Shown one piece after another: positions 45,240 through 63,160 of a stretch of 64,000 bases of DNA; positions within the stretch are counted from its first letter, which is position 1, and each line of letters starts with the position of its first letter. Position numbers and translations under genes: made by a program. Location: the NCBI RefSeq assembly GCF_009914755.1, contig NC_060934.1. One strand, given 5' to 3'. Below the pieces are notes generated by a model, which saw only the letters and a program-made list of their open reading frames with translations, made no database searches and had not been told where the DNA came from. This DNA is from the human T2T-CHM13v2.0 reference genome, Homo sapiens.

Positions 45240-45656
45240 TGCAGTGGGAGTATGCAAAGCTACTCCCAAAGTCTGAGAAAGCTGAGAGGCCAAAGAAAGA
45301 GGCTGACATATCCAATTCCTGAGAAATAAACATTTACTAGGGGCTTCAAACAGAAGCCATGTCTGTGTCTCGAGACAAGATAGTGGATCTCAGCGCTGTT
45401 ACCACCACTCCCATCTTCCCACAGCCAGGGCTTATATTCCATAGGAAAAGGGTGATTCAGAAGGGCTGAGTAGGAAAACAGAAATACAATAACATCAAGG
45501 TTGTTTAACTTAAGGGCAGGAATTACTGTAAGTACTTGCTCTTCAACAAAGAAGAATAGATAAATGGGAAATCTTAGAGGTCTTTCTGGAGCTGGAGTTA
45601 ATCAGAAGCCAAAATGGCAGATTCAAATCTAAGATGGAGTTGCTTTAGTCTCCACA
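45240..45656 (-). mobile_element. ERV1 LTR, MER93-like
   Basis: Reverse complement starts tgtggagactaaagcaactccatctt. Confidence 0.6.
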
Positions 45657-45679
45657 CTGCCCAAAAAAAGAAGTCTCCC

Positions 45680-46100
45680 TCTGGCAGAGACCACTAGTTG
45701 CCTGCCCAGTGTCCATTCTCCACTTCTTTTTTAGCAGCAGAACTCCCATTTTATCATGAATGACAATGCACCTAGCTAAGAGACTCATTCCTCAAACTCC
45801 CTTACAACTAGATATGTCCATGGGACTGGTTTCTAATATGTAAGAAGTGTTGTGGAGGGCCTTCTGGAAGTCTGTTAAAGGGAATTGACTCAGCTGGAAG
45901 CTATACCATTTTGCTCTTCCCTTTTGTTCCTCCTTCCAGCTGTCTGGAATACAGTCAGGATTTTGGGAGCTCCAGCAGCTATTTTAGACTATGAGGTAAC
46001 TTTGATGATGGAAACCATATGCTAAAGATGACAGAGCAGAAAGATAGATGGCTGGATCCCTGATGACTTCTTGGAACTATCATAGCACCCCTAGATTTTC
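45680..46100 (+). mobile_element. ERVL LTR33-like
   Basis: tggcagagaccactagttgcctgcccag...ccagcagctattttagactatgagg. Confidence 0.55.
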
Positions 46101-47906
46101 TGTTTTTTTCAAACACAATCTGAATTGTTTCACCCTGTAACCATCCTTCCCAAGCTGTCTCCTCCTCTGTGTTCTCTGTTTTCAGTGATGGTCCCACCAT
46201 TCACCCAACTGTTCAAGCCGTGATTGCCCTCCTTACTCCCCCACATCATTTTAATTCTATCTCCTTAGTACATCTCAAACTTGTCCACATTTCTCTAACC
46301 CCATCACTAGATCCTTATTTCAGGCTCTTTTCTTTTCACTCACAATGAACTTCTTTGGTTGTATCTTAACTGGTTACTCGGCCTGTCTTGCTTCCCATAC
46401 TGTTGCCAGAGTGGCCTTTCTTTAGTGCAAATCTGATTAAGTTACTTCACTACTAAAAATCCTCCAATGACTCCCCACAGTCGTATTAATAATAATGGCC
46501 ATCACACAAGAGAACAGTGAATGGGAAATACTGAGCTAAGCACATTACAAGCATTTATATTTTCATAATTGCCCTTTTGGGTGAGTATCTATTTTATGGA
46601 TGTGGAAACATGTACTTACGTGGACAAATAACCGCCAAAGATCACTAAGGTAGTAAGTGGAGGAGCAGAGACTTGAATAGCTCTAACCACAGAGCTTCTC
46701 ATTTTAGGGCCATATTCCTTGAGGATATAGTCCAAACTCATTAGCATGGCAAAATAGACTCTTTGCAATCTAGCCTCTGCTTCCACTTCTGCCTTCTCTC
46801 TCACTACTCCAGAAGCAGATTTTAAAGCTGTTATTGATGAATTTGCTTCCAATAAAGTTAGGAAAGTGAAATTATAATAAACTCTGGTTTTGGTACAAAT
46901 AAAATATTTAACTTTAAAATAATGTGAATATACCAACTTTTAAATTTTCAATATATTGTCAACTACTTTAATGTTCTGAAAAAATAAACCATTAAAATGC
47001 ATAAAGGAGTGCACATTTTTCCTTTTGTCTCAGGCTCCAATATTTCCTGACATGGTGCCATCAGATCCTGTCTATATTTTTCATGGATTTCTTATTTTTA
47101 TTTAAGTATTTAAGATGTTGCCTTAAATATGCTTTATCTTGATGACTGAGTTTTTTGGTGCCCTCTTAAATTTTGTGCCCAAGGTGAATGCCTCACTCCC
47201 CTCACCCTAATCCTGGTCCTGCTTATCAGCCAAAGGACTCATTTGCAGCCCCTCTCTCCAACACACAAAGATCTGTCTTATCTTCCTTATTCTTGCCATT
47301 CTTGCCTAGCACATAGTGGGTACTTCATAGGTATTTGTGGGCACACGAATGAATGCTGTTTCTTCCTACCACAACAGCCTTTGGTCACCCATCCCCCTGC
47401 CTATTTCCCAAACAACTCTTACTTGGCCTTTTTCAAGATTGAATTTGAGTGTCACCTCCACCAGGAAGCTTTCCCTGATTGCCCAGAGCTCCTTCCCTCC
47501 TGAACTCCTCTAAGTCTGGATAATGAGCTTCTTCATTGTACTCAGTGCACCCTGAATGCACTTAGGAAATAACAGTCTTTACAATATTCTGAGGTTCCCT
47601 GTTAGTTGCTATGAACCACAAGTCTATTTGTGAGCTCCTCAGGAGCAAAGTCGGGGGGTTTCTTATCTCTATATTCCAGCCTCAGTACCTTCTAGGGAGT
47701 ATGCTCATAGGACGGATGGAGAAATGTATATACGTATGGGTGGATGGATGGGTGAATGGATGGAAAAGTAAGATCTGTTTTATGATATAACTGGTAGTAG
47801 ACTGCAAGGGAAGTCTGTATTGAAGGGGAATGAGACTCATGTGGAATCTTTGCTAGAATCCAGGTAAGAGTTAATCAGGGCTATCAACCTGAAATAACAG
47901 AAAGGA

Positions 47907-48482
47907 TGTGAATCCAGTTTTAAAGAGTCTATTCAAGAACAAAGCTGAGAATAGCCATTCAGGTAACACAGACTCCAAAGGAATGGGATCAGTGCTCCAA
48001 AGTTACAAGTTAAAGTCTTGCTTATACAGGTAGAAAACAAAGAAATTAGTAGGATTACAACATTTTGTACATAAGGCTGGTTTATGAGTTGCAAAAATTT
48101 GGTTACTTACAGTTTGTTTTCTTTTCCATATGGCTTGTTTTTATTTCCTCTCCAATTTAAAAGAGTATATTTAACATTCCATCTCAAGACAATGAGATAA
48201 TCATAAAATCTTTGTGTGAGAGGGAAGAAGGAAGTTAATCTATAATGATGATCAACAGAGAAGAGGGAAGAGGTATTCCCTGGCACTCTTGGGTCATTTG
48301 CAACATTTTATGAAATAACATAGGTAAGGAAGAAGGCTAATCTATAATCAGAAAAACGAAGGTTACAGCTGCCTACCTTACAGCTGCCTGTCACATGGCT
48401 CAGACCCCATAATCACATTCCTTTAAGGCTCAAAATAACTTAAAGTTCCAACAGCTCGGATTTCAAATTACTTATTTTCACA
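47907..48482 (-). mobile_element. ERV1 LTR (MER89-like) inserted in L2
   Basis: Reverse complement starts tgtgaaaataagtaatttgaaatcc; TG...CA ends. Confidence 0.5.
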
Positions 48483-49705
48483 GAGCCCAGATTAAGGCAG
48501 TGGCAGTAGGTTGGATATAAGAAACATTTTAGAGGAAGAATCAATAGAATTTGGCTGGGAATAAAGTGGATAGAGAAGAAGGATTCAAAGGCAACTGAGA
48601 TTTTGCAACTGAGTAGGAAGTTGAGGGTTCCCTTATCAAAGACAATGTAGGAGGAGCAGACCTATCACCTGCACATGGACACTAACCCAGAGAATGGGGA
48701 TGATCTTGGCAAGGAAACCCAGAGAGATGCTGTGGCCTCTCTCAAGCTACCCAGCAAGACAGTATCACAGCCCGGATCATAATCCTGGGGTCCTAACTCC
48801 TGGTGTCTCTTTTTCATCTTGTCCTCATACTTTTTCCATGCTCGCTTCACAAAATATTGGTTATTTTCTCTTTCTCAATGGAAGTGAAAAACTGACTCTA
48901 ATAACACTTTCAGGAGAGTCTAACAATAGCTGTAAATTCTATCTGCTTTACACTTTAATACTGTTACTTACCAGTCTCAAAACTGCTTATCTTTCATTTG
49001 AGGCTGTTTGCTAATTTCCATTCTCCTTCACTACAATTCAGAACCTGAACTAAACCCTGGAGTTGTGAGGCTTCGCAGAAGGTCATTTTGATGGGTCCCC
49101 TTCCTGGGACAACAATAATCAAACCGTTTTTAGATAGCCGAGGCCTTAAATCAGCATTTATATTCCTCGTAAATTGTTGTGCAAGCCAGTCCACTTCTCT
49201 CCATCCCCTGAAATACCCCAGTCTGGGCCATTGTTATCTCTTGCTTTAATCCTGCCATTGCCTCCTAATTGGTCTACCTACCTTCGGCTTTCCTCGCCTT
49301 ACTTTATTCTCTACTCTGCCCTCAGGACACATTAAGCTGATTCCTCCTTAAAGTTTTTCTACAGCTGCCCTTAGGCTTAAGGATGAAGTACTAGTTCCCA
49401 GTAACATCCTTCAGGCCTTTCACAATCCATCCCTTCACTTTCCCCTTTCCCCGTCACAGAGTTTGCTCCAGCCTGCCTGAGCTCTTGTGCTTCCTCCTGT
49501 GCTGACTTCTTTCTGGTATCTCCAGGCCTTTGCACATGCTGCTTCTTCCACCTGAAACTCTCTGCCTCTTCTCTTTGCAGGTAACCCTACCCTTAAAGTG
49601 TAGACTGAAATCTTCCTCTTTAGGAGACTCCCCTGGCCCTAACCAAGGCTTATCCCTTGCTATATCCTCATATAACATCCAATATATGTTCCCTCATCCT
49701 GGTGC

Positions 49706-50185
49706 TTATGGCAGAGACTGCTACTTGCTTCGTCCATATCCATTCACTCATTTCAAAGAAGAATTTGGGAACAGCAAATTGTTCAGATTTTAAAAATGAC
49801 ATTTCCCAACCAGCCTTGCAGATAAGAGTGGCCAATGAGATATAAGCAAAATTTTTGGGTGGGAGCTCAACAAAGGATTTTGATTTATTATCTCCATATC
49901 TCTTTTGTACTTCCCTCTCCCTCCCCTGGCCTGGAATTCAGATGTGATGGCTGGAACTTCAGTGGCCACTTTATAATCATGTGGTAACCTTGAGGATAGA
50001 TGCCACACACTGAAGATGGTTGAGCAGAAAGACAGAATAAGCTCAGAACACTGATGACACTGAAGCTGAACTCAACTTTGCAATACCCACCTTGGAACTT
50101 TTTTTTTACATAAAAAAATTCCCCTTAAGCTGTCAAACTACTATTACAGGTCTCTGTTACTAGCAGCCAAATACACTCCTGACAC
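49706..50185 (+). mobile_element. ERVL LTR33-like
   Basis: gacatttcccaaccagccttgcag...tctgttactagcagccaaatacactcctgacaca. Confidence 0.55.
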
Positions 50186-51197
50186 AGTATTCACCACACT
50201 TTACTATCATCACTTGTACAATGTGTGTCTTGTAAACCACAGTTTCCCAGCACTCAGCACAGGGCCTCGCCCATAGTAAGTACTCAACTGGTATTTATTA
50301 AGTGAATGAATTTACATGACCTACTCTCCACTTTGGTGAGAAAGAGCCACCTTCTCCTGAAGCCCTAAGACCACTTGTTTGAAGGAAGAGGCTTTGTAGA
50401 GGGGAGCCAACACTGACACCAGAACGTCCTATCATGCTGGGAGAGGAGGGATCACTGCTGGCTCTGCTCCTCTGGCAAAGCCAGGGAAGGTAAGTAACTC
50501 TGGAAGAGAATAACATTGCTGCAGCAGCAACATGCTTGGAGATGGCAAGTCCTTGAGACTGCCAGTGGATCTAAATCTACTGTGTGGAGATCAGTGTAAC
50601 TTTTGGGGCCCAAGAGCATATTCACCTCATCTCTACTTTCATTCAGTCCTTAGGTGATCTCATCCAGCCTCCTACCTTTAAATGCTATTCATATGTGTAT
50701 GCTTCCAAATGCATTTACTCACTCTGAGCTCCTCTAGGAAACCCATATATCCAACAGCCTACCAGCCATCTCCACCTTGGTGTGAGATGACTTACTGTGT
50801 GTAAGACTGAGCGAATATCCATCCCATGAGAGTTCCTTGGGCATTTCCCGCCATATTTATCAATGGTACCTCTGTCATTCCAGTTGCTCAGGCCAAAAGC
50901 CTTGTGCTATCCTTGACTCCTTTCTCTCTTATCTGCATTCACACTTGCAACACATCCTATTGGTTTTACCCTCAAAATATATTCAGAGTTTCACCACTTC
51001 TCACCGCATTCACTATCATGGTTCAAGCACCATATTTGGCCTGATTATTGGAGTGGTCTCTTAGTTGGCCTCTCTACTTAAAGGTCTCTCTGGCCTTTGC
51101 TACCCTAATGTCTGTTTCAACACAGACACCACAGTGACCATGGTAAACCACAAGTCGGATCATGCCACTCAACTGTTTGAAACGTACCAGTGGTTTC

Positions 51198-51713
51198 TTG
51201 TGGGGGGGCCCAGAATAATGGCCCCCAAAGTTGTCCACATCCTAATCCCCAAAACCTGTGGATATATTACGTTACGTGGCAAAGGGGCGTTACTGTTGTG
51301 GGAGGAATTAAGGTTGCTAATCACCTGATCTTCAGATAAAGAGATTATTCTGAATTATCCAACTGGACCCAATGTAATCACAAAGGTCCTTAAAAGTGGA
51401 AGAGAGAGACAAAAGAGAAAGTCAGACTGATGCAATGGGAGAACGATTCAAACTGCCACTGCTGGCTTTGAAGATGGAAGGGAACTAAGAGTAAGGAATG
51501 CAGACAGCTCTAAGGGCTAGAAAGGCAAGAAAATGGATTATCCCCTAGAACTTCCAGAAAGTGAGGCAGCTCTGCCAACATCTTGATTTCAGTCCAGTCA
51601 GACCTGCTAGAGGTCTGACTTTAGACCTCCAGAATTATAAGATAATAAACTTGTTTGTTTTAAGCCACTAAGTTTGTGGTCATTTGTTATAGCAACTGCA
51701 AGAAACTAACACA
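51198..51713 (+). mobile_element. MLT1D-like MaLR LTR
   Basis: cagaataatggcccccaaag...ttttaagccactaagtttgtgg...gaaactaacaca. Confidence 0.85.
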
Positions 51714-52668
51714 CTTCCCCATCTCATGCGATGTAAAAACCAAAGTCTTCATAGGGAAGTCCAAGGCTCCAAATGTCTGGGTCCCCGTTACCTCTGTCTG
51801 CAGTTGTGTCTCCGGCTTTCTGCTGCATTCACTCTGCACCACACCGCCCCTTGCCACACATCTTTGTAGAATGGATGAATGATTTTAAAACTTCACTTCC
51901 AGAGGACAGAGGAGAGGTGACTTGCCCAGGGTCCCCCAGCAGGGACTTGAACCCAGGACTCCAGCCCTGCCACAGTGGGTTACCATGTTTATTGTACTTA
52001 GCTTTCACTTCAGTCTCCTCCCCAAAAAGTCTGTGGTTAAATCTCCCCAGCCACCTACTGAAGTGCTTGAATTCCCTCCCAATGAGGAAATCCCTGTTGT
52101 AATCATATCATTCCTTGCCATAAGAGTAGCTCATTTCCTGCTGTATGAAATTCAGCATGGAAACATTTTCCCTGTAAATGGCAAGGGAAGAAATTCCCAG
52201 GGCATCAGATTGTACTGATCAATACAGGCAAATTCTTTAGGAGGAAAAGACAGTCCTGGCTTTCCTTCAGCCAAGGAGGTTTACTGGGTGGGTTCCTGTT
52301 TATACAGGAACAGGATGGAGAGTGAGCTACATAGAAACCTGGATGAGATTCTGAGTATTGCTGCCAACATCAAGCTCCACTTTTGCTGACTTATCATTTA
52401 TATTTGCAAGTGAGAAGGTTTGATTGGTTAACTTGCTGCCACTCAGAGGAGGGCCCCCCGCTGGACCTTTGTGTGGAGTCACCTCAGAGCTGATCAGCCA
52501 CCCTCGTGTCTGGCACATGTGTGTTGTAAGCTCTTCCCGAGACTGATCTCTGGTCTGGTCAGCTGTTGCCAGGACAGCGGAACTGGCTTCTCCTGTAAAG
52601 CTTGTGCATACCAGCCTGGCAGATACCACAGGCATGGGTTGCTTAGATTCTTTTGTCTGCCTAACTTT

Positions 52669-53048
<380 letters not shown>

Positions 53049-53776
53049 TAGGCTGTTCTGAAGTTCTCAATTCCAGGCCCACCCCTTGGCCTTAAGGATA
53101 GGCACATGTCCCAGGTCTGGCCAATTTATAGCACCTGATCCCTCTGACAACAATGATTGTTCTAGAGAAGGTGGGCATGTGACTGAGCAGGGCCACTCAC
53201 AATCTAACCCCAAGATGAATGTACAGGCTTAGGGAAAGAGACACTCTCTTTCTGCTGGGGTGCCTAAACTGGGAGAACATGAACCTGAGGTCACTCAGTG
53301 GAGCATGTCTGTTTGTGCAGGAAGCCAAGCAGGATTAAGCAAAGATGAGAGGCAAATGGAGAGATGGTTCTCTATGCGGTGAGTTCCTGAGCCAAGGGCT
53401 ATGGACTCTTTTTTCTGTTGCTCTTTTTTGGCTTCTCTGAGTCACCTACTGCCCTTCCCAGCTATGTGAACCAACACATTTTCTTCCTGCTGTATAGCTG
53501 GTTTATATTGTGCTTCTGTTATTTGCTCCCAATTGATTTTGACCAAAATAGGGGCTTAGGTAGGAAGAAACTGACTGTGACCACTTGCCACAGGCAAGAA
53601 AGACTTAGAACCCATTTATGAGGAGATTAATGCCACAATTCCCTTATAGGGATCTTTGGAAGGACTGGCCTGGCCTGGGATATCCTTACAATGTAAGTAT
53701 ATATTCAACTCCTGAATGTGCCTAATGAAATCTGATCCTGTTATTCCCTGTCTCCTTCAGTCTTAAAACACTCTGA

Positions 53777-54220
<444 letters not shown>

Positions 54221-55339
54221 TGCAAACTTTTTCTATAAAAGGCAGACAATACATTTTCTAGACAGCATTCTGAATTTCTTCCCACCTTTGTGGGTCATAA
54301 TGTCTCTGTTGCAACTACTCAGCTCTATCATTGTAGCTGAATTCAGCCCATGGGCCATAATTTGTTGACCCCTGGTCAGGAATGGTCGGAACCTTTCATC
54401 CAAACACACATCCAGCCTCACTGGCCTTCTCTCAGAATCTTCGTATTCCCACCCATAGGCTCCCTCTCCTCATGGGGCCTCTATCCAAGCTATTTTCTCA
54501 GCTTGGCTATTCTCCCAAATCTGTGTATGGTTAACCTTACTTACCACCTGGATCCAATGACAGGTTTCCAGGGAAGTCTTCCCTGACACTCTGAGACTGG
54601 GCCAGATTCCCCTAGCACATACACACCTTCCTAGCATTCTCCATCTCTCCTGTATGGCATTCACCATGGTTGTAATTTTTAGGATTTTCATGTTGGTTTG
54701 CCCTCTGTCTTCCTACTACGTAGGGAACCCCATAATGATGAGGCACTGTCTTTTTTTTATTACCTAGCAGAGTGCTTAGTACATAATAGGAGCTCAATAT
54801 ATATGTGATTGAAGAAAGAAAGAGAGGGAGAAAAGAAAACAGGGAGAGAAAGAAGGAGAAAGAAAGATGGAGGGAGGGATAAAGAAGGAAAGAAGGAATC
54901 AGCCCTTTGAATTTACCTGTTCAATGACTGAGAATGAGAATTCAAAGTAATAAAAGTAAATGGAATATTTTTCTTACTCATCCATTGCTGAAATCAGAAG
55001 AACATGAAGAATTGGTAAAAACTGGCACTTCTCCCTACCCATTCAGACACTTGGTAGCTTTTGGTGCTTGGGTGACATCAGATCTCTAGTCAGACTGGAA
55101 TCAGGAGGCCTTCTCCTTGCCACTCTTCCTCCCAGCACCTGGACCCTCCCAGTTGCGATCATGTGTCCAAGTTCCCCACAGGGATGCCCATCAAGGTCAC
55201 CTCTCTCAAAGTGCCTTTTCCCAAAGTTACTCAGGCCTCCTGGGATCAAATCCCAGCTCCAGGACTTAGGGGTTGTGTGACCACGAGCCAGTCATGGAAA
55301 CTCTCCAGGTTTCTGGTTCCTCTCCATAAAGTGGGGATA

Positions 55340-56198
55340 CCATTAAAAAAATGGGCAAAGGATATGAACTGACACTTCTCCAAAGAAGAGATACATGTAA
55401 CCAATAAGCATATTAAAAATGCTCAACATCACCAATCATTAGAGAAATGCAAATCAAAACCACAGTGAGATACCATCTCATACCCGTCAGAATGGCAATT
55501 ACTAAAAAGTCAAAAAAATAACAGATGCTGGTGAGGTTGTAGAGAAAAGGAAACGTTTATACACTGCTGATGGGAATGAAAATTAGTTCAGCCATTGTGG
55601 AAAGCAGTTTGGCGATTTCTCAAAGAACTTAGAACTACCATTCAACTCAGCAATCCCATTATTGGGTGTGTACCCAAAGGGATAGAAATTGTTCTACCAC
55701 AAAGGCACAGGCATATGTATGTTCATCACAACACTATTCACAATGGCAAAGACATGGAATCAACCTAAATGCCCATCAATGGTAGTAGACTGGATAAAGA
55801 AAATGTGGTACATATATGCCATGGAATACTACATAGTCATAAAATAGATTAAGATCATGGAGCTGGAGGTCATTATCCTATGCGAATTAGTGCAGGAACA
55901 GAAAACCAAATACCATATGTACTCACATGTGGGAGATAAACTATCACAAGTGGGAGATAAAGATTGAGTACACATGGACACAATGAAGGTAACAATAGAC
56001 AACACAGCCTACTTGAGGGTGGAGGGTGGGAGCAAGGTGAGGATAAAAAAACTACCTATGCTTATTCCCTGGGCAATATGCTACCTGGGTGATGAAATAA
56101 TCTGTACACCAAACCCCTGTGACATGCAATTTACCTATATAACAAACCTGCACATATACCCCAGAACCTAAAATAAAAGCTAAAAATAAATAAATAAA
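55340..56198 (+). mobile_element. 5'-truncated L1PA/PB 3' end inserted in a MIR
   Basis: ORF2 3' end aaatgcaaatcaaaaccacagtgagatacc, 3'UTR and (taaa)n tail; TSD taaagtggg(g/a)ata. Confidence 0.9.
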
Positions 56199-56426
56199 TA
56201 AAGTGGGAATAATGACATAGGGTTATTGGGAGGATTTAATGGCATAATATGTAGAAAGTACTTAACACAGGGCCTGGCACATATTTAGTGTCAATAAGTT
56301 AGCTATTATTAGTTAAATTTTTAAAAAACTCTATCTGATCATCTGATTATAGCAGTCAGGCTCATCTTCAACATATGTGGGGCCAGGGCTAGAGTACAAA
56401 TGGTCTAAATATTTAAAATTATAACT

Positions 56427-56740
56427 AAGTGGCATGCGTTGTAGTCCCAGCTATTTGGGAGACTGAGGCAGGAGGATTGCTTGAGCTAAGGAGCTTGAGG
56501 CCAGCCTTGGCAACATAGGAACCCTATCTCTATTAAAACAACAACAACAACAACAAAAATTAGCTGGGCCTGTTGGTTCATGCCTGTAGTTTTAGTTACT
56601 TGGGACACTGAAGTAGGAGGATTGCTTGGGCCCAGAAGTTTGAGGCTGCTATGATTGCACACCACTGCACTGCAGCCTGGGTAACAGTGAGACTCTGTCT
56701 CTAAAAAAAAAATTAAAAAAAATAATAATAACAAAATAGA
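56427..56740 (+). mobile_element. Old, diverged Alu (AluJ-like)
   Basis: Alu-like arms; flanking aaaattataa. Confidence 0.8.
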
Positions 56741-57223
56741 AAATTATAAATCAAGCTGCAAAATACATTTTTTCTCCCCCTACATTGACAAATACGACTT
56801 CATAATGGAAATTTTCTTTTTAAGTTGGAAAACTATAGTTTTTATCTGACTGAAAGTCTACAAAATATCAAGAATAACTGAATTCAGGTATTACTGTGTA
56901 CGTGCTATTGATGGCCCAGAAATATTTGAATGAGTGATAAAATAAAGACATATATCATGAGTCATTACATATTTCATAAATTTTTTTTCTTTCACAGCAA
57001 GAAAAAAACTAATTATCTAATTGCAATTAAAGTATGCAAATAATTTACATTCCATTGATATGATCCAAAAGATTAAAACATAAAATTATATTCAAAAAGT
57101 ATCAAATTTTAATATATTTCCATCAAAAATGTAAAATGAAAGTAAATGTAATAGTTAAAGTTGAATATTTTTGAAAAAAATTTTTAAAGCATGAAAAATA
57201 TTTACATTAAAAGGCAAAGTAGA

Positions 57224-57819
<596 letters not shown>

Positions 57820-58552
57820 GGCAAAGTAGAAATTATAAATTAATGAGTGTAAAAATTATAGATGAAATTATTTCAGTAAAGTTACATTTTTTGTTTAAAA
57901 TTTTAACAGTGGAGTTAAATCATAATAAATACTTTTACAAAAATAAACTATTCAGTATTCTAGCATTCACCGTTTTAACTTAGTTGCCAATACAAATAAT
58001 CAGTACTACATGCACTTATTTCATGCCTAAAATTACAAATATACTTAAGAGTAATATGAATTGTTTGATATTATAGTATGTCTCTCAGCTACCCATGTGC
58101 ATTTTTTTGTGATTGTGTAATTCATGAAGAGTTTAGGAACCACAAATGAAAGAAATAAAATGAAAAGAAAAGCTCAGCATGACAGGGAATGATACTATGC
58201 GAAACAAAAATCTGTTTTATTCATGCTCTCTGGGAGGAAGAAATTGACAAGTTAATTAATTTGCTTTTTCTCTTCCTAATGGTCCCTACCACTAAAATGC
58301 TCTCTGCCCTCTGAAGCTGTGTCCATCTCTGATGTTGGCAGCAGCAACCCAAAAACCTTTATGACCTTCAGGACAGGTAGCCTTTGTTTTGAGGATAAAA
58401 GGTAAGAAATATGGAAAAGTGTTCCCTAGGGCTTGAGCAGCGTTGGTGCCAGGAGCAGATGTTTAGGATTAGGGGTAGTGATATGCCAGTGCTGAGCACC
58501 AGGTCCCATGTGACAAAGGAACACACATGTTCTTTAAGAAGTGTGTATGTGT

Positions 58553-58914
58553 GTGTATTAGTCTGTTCTCATGCTTCTATAAGGAACTACCAAGAGGTCT
58601 AATTGACTCACAGTTCTGCAGGCTGTACAGGAAGCATGGCTGGAAGGCCTCAGGAACTTACCATCATAGCGGAAGGTGAAGCGGAAACAAGCATGTGTTA
58701 CCATGGCCTAGCAGGAGACAGAAAGAATAAAGGGGAAGCGCTACACACTTTTAAAGCAACAAGATCTCATGAGAACTCATATACTATCATGAGAACAGCA
58801 AGGGGGAAGTCTGCCCCCATGATCCAATCACCTCCCACCAGACCCCTCCTCCAACATGTGGGGATTACAATTTGGCCTGCGATTTGGGTGGGGACACAGA
58901 GCCAAACCATATCA
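58553..58914 (-). mobile_element. MSTA-like MaLR LTR
   Basis: tgtattagtctgttctcatgct...gggacacagagccaaaccatatca. Confidence 0.88.
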
Positions 58915-59263
58915 GTGTGTGTGTGATATTATGGGGTCACCCTTCTCTTTCCCAGGTCTGAGGGCAATATGGAAAGGAATACCCTGGATAATTGACTGAT
59001 TGATAGGTCATCTGGGGTATTTGCATTGCAAATAAGCACTTCTGCGTAGTCCCCAAAGAAGCCCTGGGATGAAGGGGGCCTTAGAAGGTGGTTTTGAACT
59101 GAGAGACTTCTTGCCTACATTGGCCCTTTCTGCCCGCCACACATCAGAAGAATGAGGTTCAGCAGCTGGGCATCTCATTCTGAGCCTGCACTCTGTACAC
59201 TTTTGCTAAGGAAAAGTAGAGTCACATTGGTTAAGAAAATACATAGCAATCAAGTGTCTTAAT

Positions 59264-59575
<312 letters not shown>

Positions 59576-60420
59576 TAATTACCTAATAGCAGAGTTTCAG
59601 GAGAGTACTTTGACAAATAACTTAATAATAAACATATCAGAATGAAACAACTAATAGAAAAGGATAAGATCCTGATCTTCAGAAAATGCCAACACTTTTG
59701 TTTTTCTAAGTCATGAAAGAAATCATCAAGATATACTGCTCATAAAATGTCTACACATAAAGGTACCATTTATGAGCACAATACAACAGCCTAAGCCCTC
59801 CGATAAAAACTGAAGGAAGTGTAGAATTCTCATTTTATAGAGAAGGAAATGGAGGCACAGAGAGGCTAACTGGCTTGCACACGGTCATACAGCTGCTAAG
59901 TGGCAGGGGCAGTATTCCAAGCCAGCCACGTCCAGATTGTGACTGTGTAACCACCATGGCATACCAGCCCTTTGCTCTCTTCCACCATACATCCAAAGGA
60001 ATCAGATAGTCAACATTAGCAAAGAAAAATTCCGTGGGACCCCTAGCTGACCATCTTTCTTCTGTGCACCCTTCAGTTTCCCCCAAAAGACAAATAAGTC
60101 TTTTTAGCACCATGTAAACATTTAATAAGCGTGTGTTAAATTTTCAGTTACAAAGTGTAAAGCAACATTTGCAGGCCTACCTTTCCTGTTGGGTAAAAAC
60201 CTGACCACTGAACCATGGACTACCTCTTCCCTCTAATTGCAAAATGTTGACTTACTTCATCTTTTGAAGACCAATGATCTTTGCAAGGTTACTGTATGTT
60301 TAAAAAAAAAAGTGCCTTCAGGGCCTTGAGTCATAAGATGGGAAAACATGTTGAAGTGTTACAAAAATATTGACAGTATCTCTATGATTTTTCAGTATCT
60401 TTATGATTAATGAGATTTTA

Positions 60421-60758
<338 letters not shown>

Positions 60759-60769
60759 TTAATGAGATT

Positions 60770-62738
<1,969 letters not shown>

Positions 62739-63013
62739 TGAATATGTTCTGTCCTCTCCCCAGGCATTCTGAACATCGCTTCCTTTGGACCTCACTGTTC
62801 TCAGTACATATTCCTACCCTTGCCTCTGTCACTCTACCATTTCCTTAAATTTGCTAATATGCCTGTCACTCCAACTAGATTGTGCTCCTTGAGGGCAAGG
62901 ACTATAATCTTACCTGTCTCTATAACTCCAGGTCCAGGAATTCAAAGTGTGTTAAGTGAATGAATTGGATACATTTGGTATATATGAACTCCTGTGGGTA
63001 GAAGAGCACACTC

Positions 63014-63160
63014 TTGGGAGGCTGAGGCAGGAGGATTGCTTCTTTCACTCAGGAAGCAGAGGTTGAAGTGAGCCAAGATGGTACTACGGCACTACAGCCT
63101 GGATGACAGAGAAAAACCCTTCACAAAACAGAACAAAGAAAAAAACAAAACAAGAAAAAG
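63014..63160 (+). mobile_element. Alu right-arm fragment
   Basis: ttgggaggctgaggcaggaggattgc...cagcctggatgacagag plus A-rich tail. Confidence 0.85.

Noticed and set aside
55340-56198. L1-derived ORF fragments (also 11453-11821, 42692-42997, 61100-61366)
   Set aside because: Truncated, stop-ridden L1 ORF2/3'UTR fossils; not autonomous
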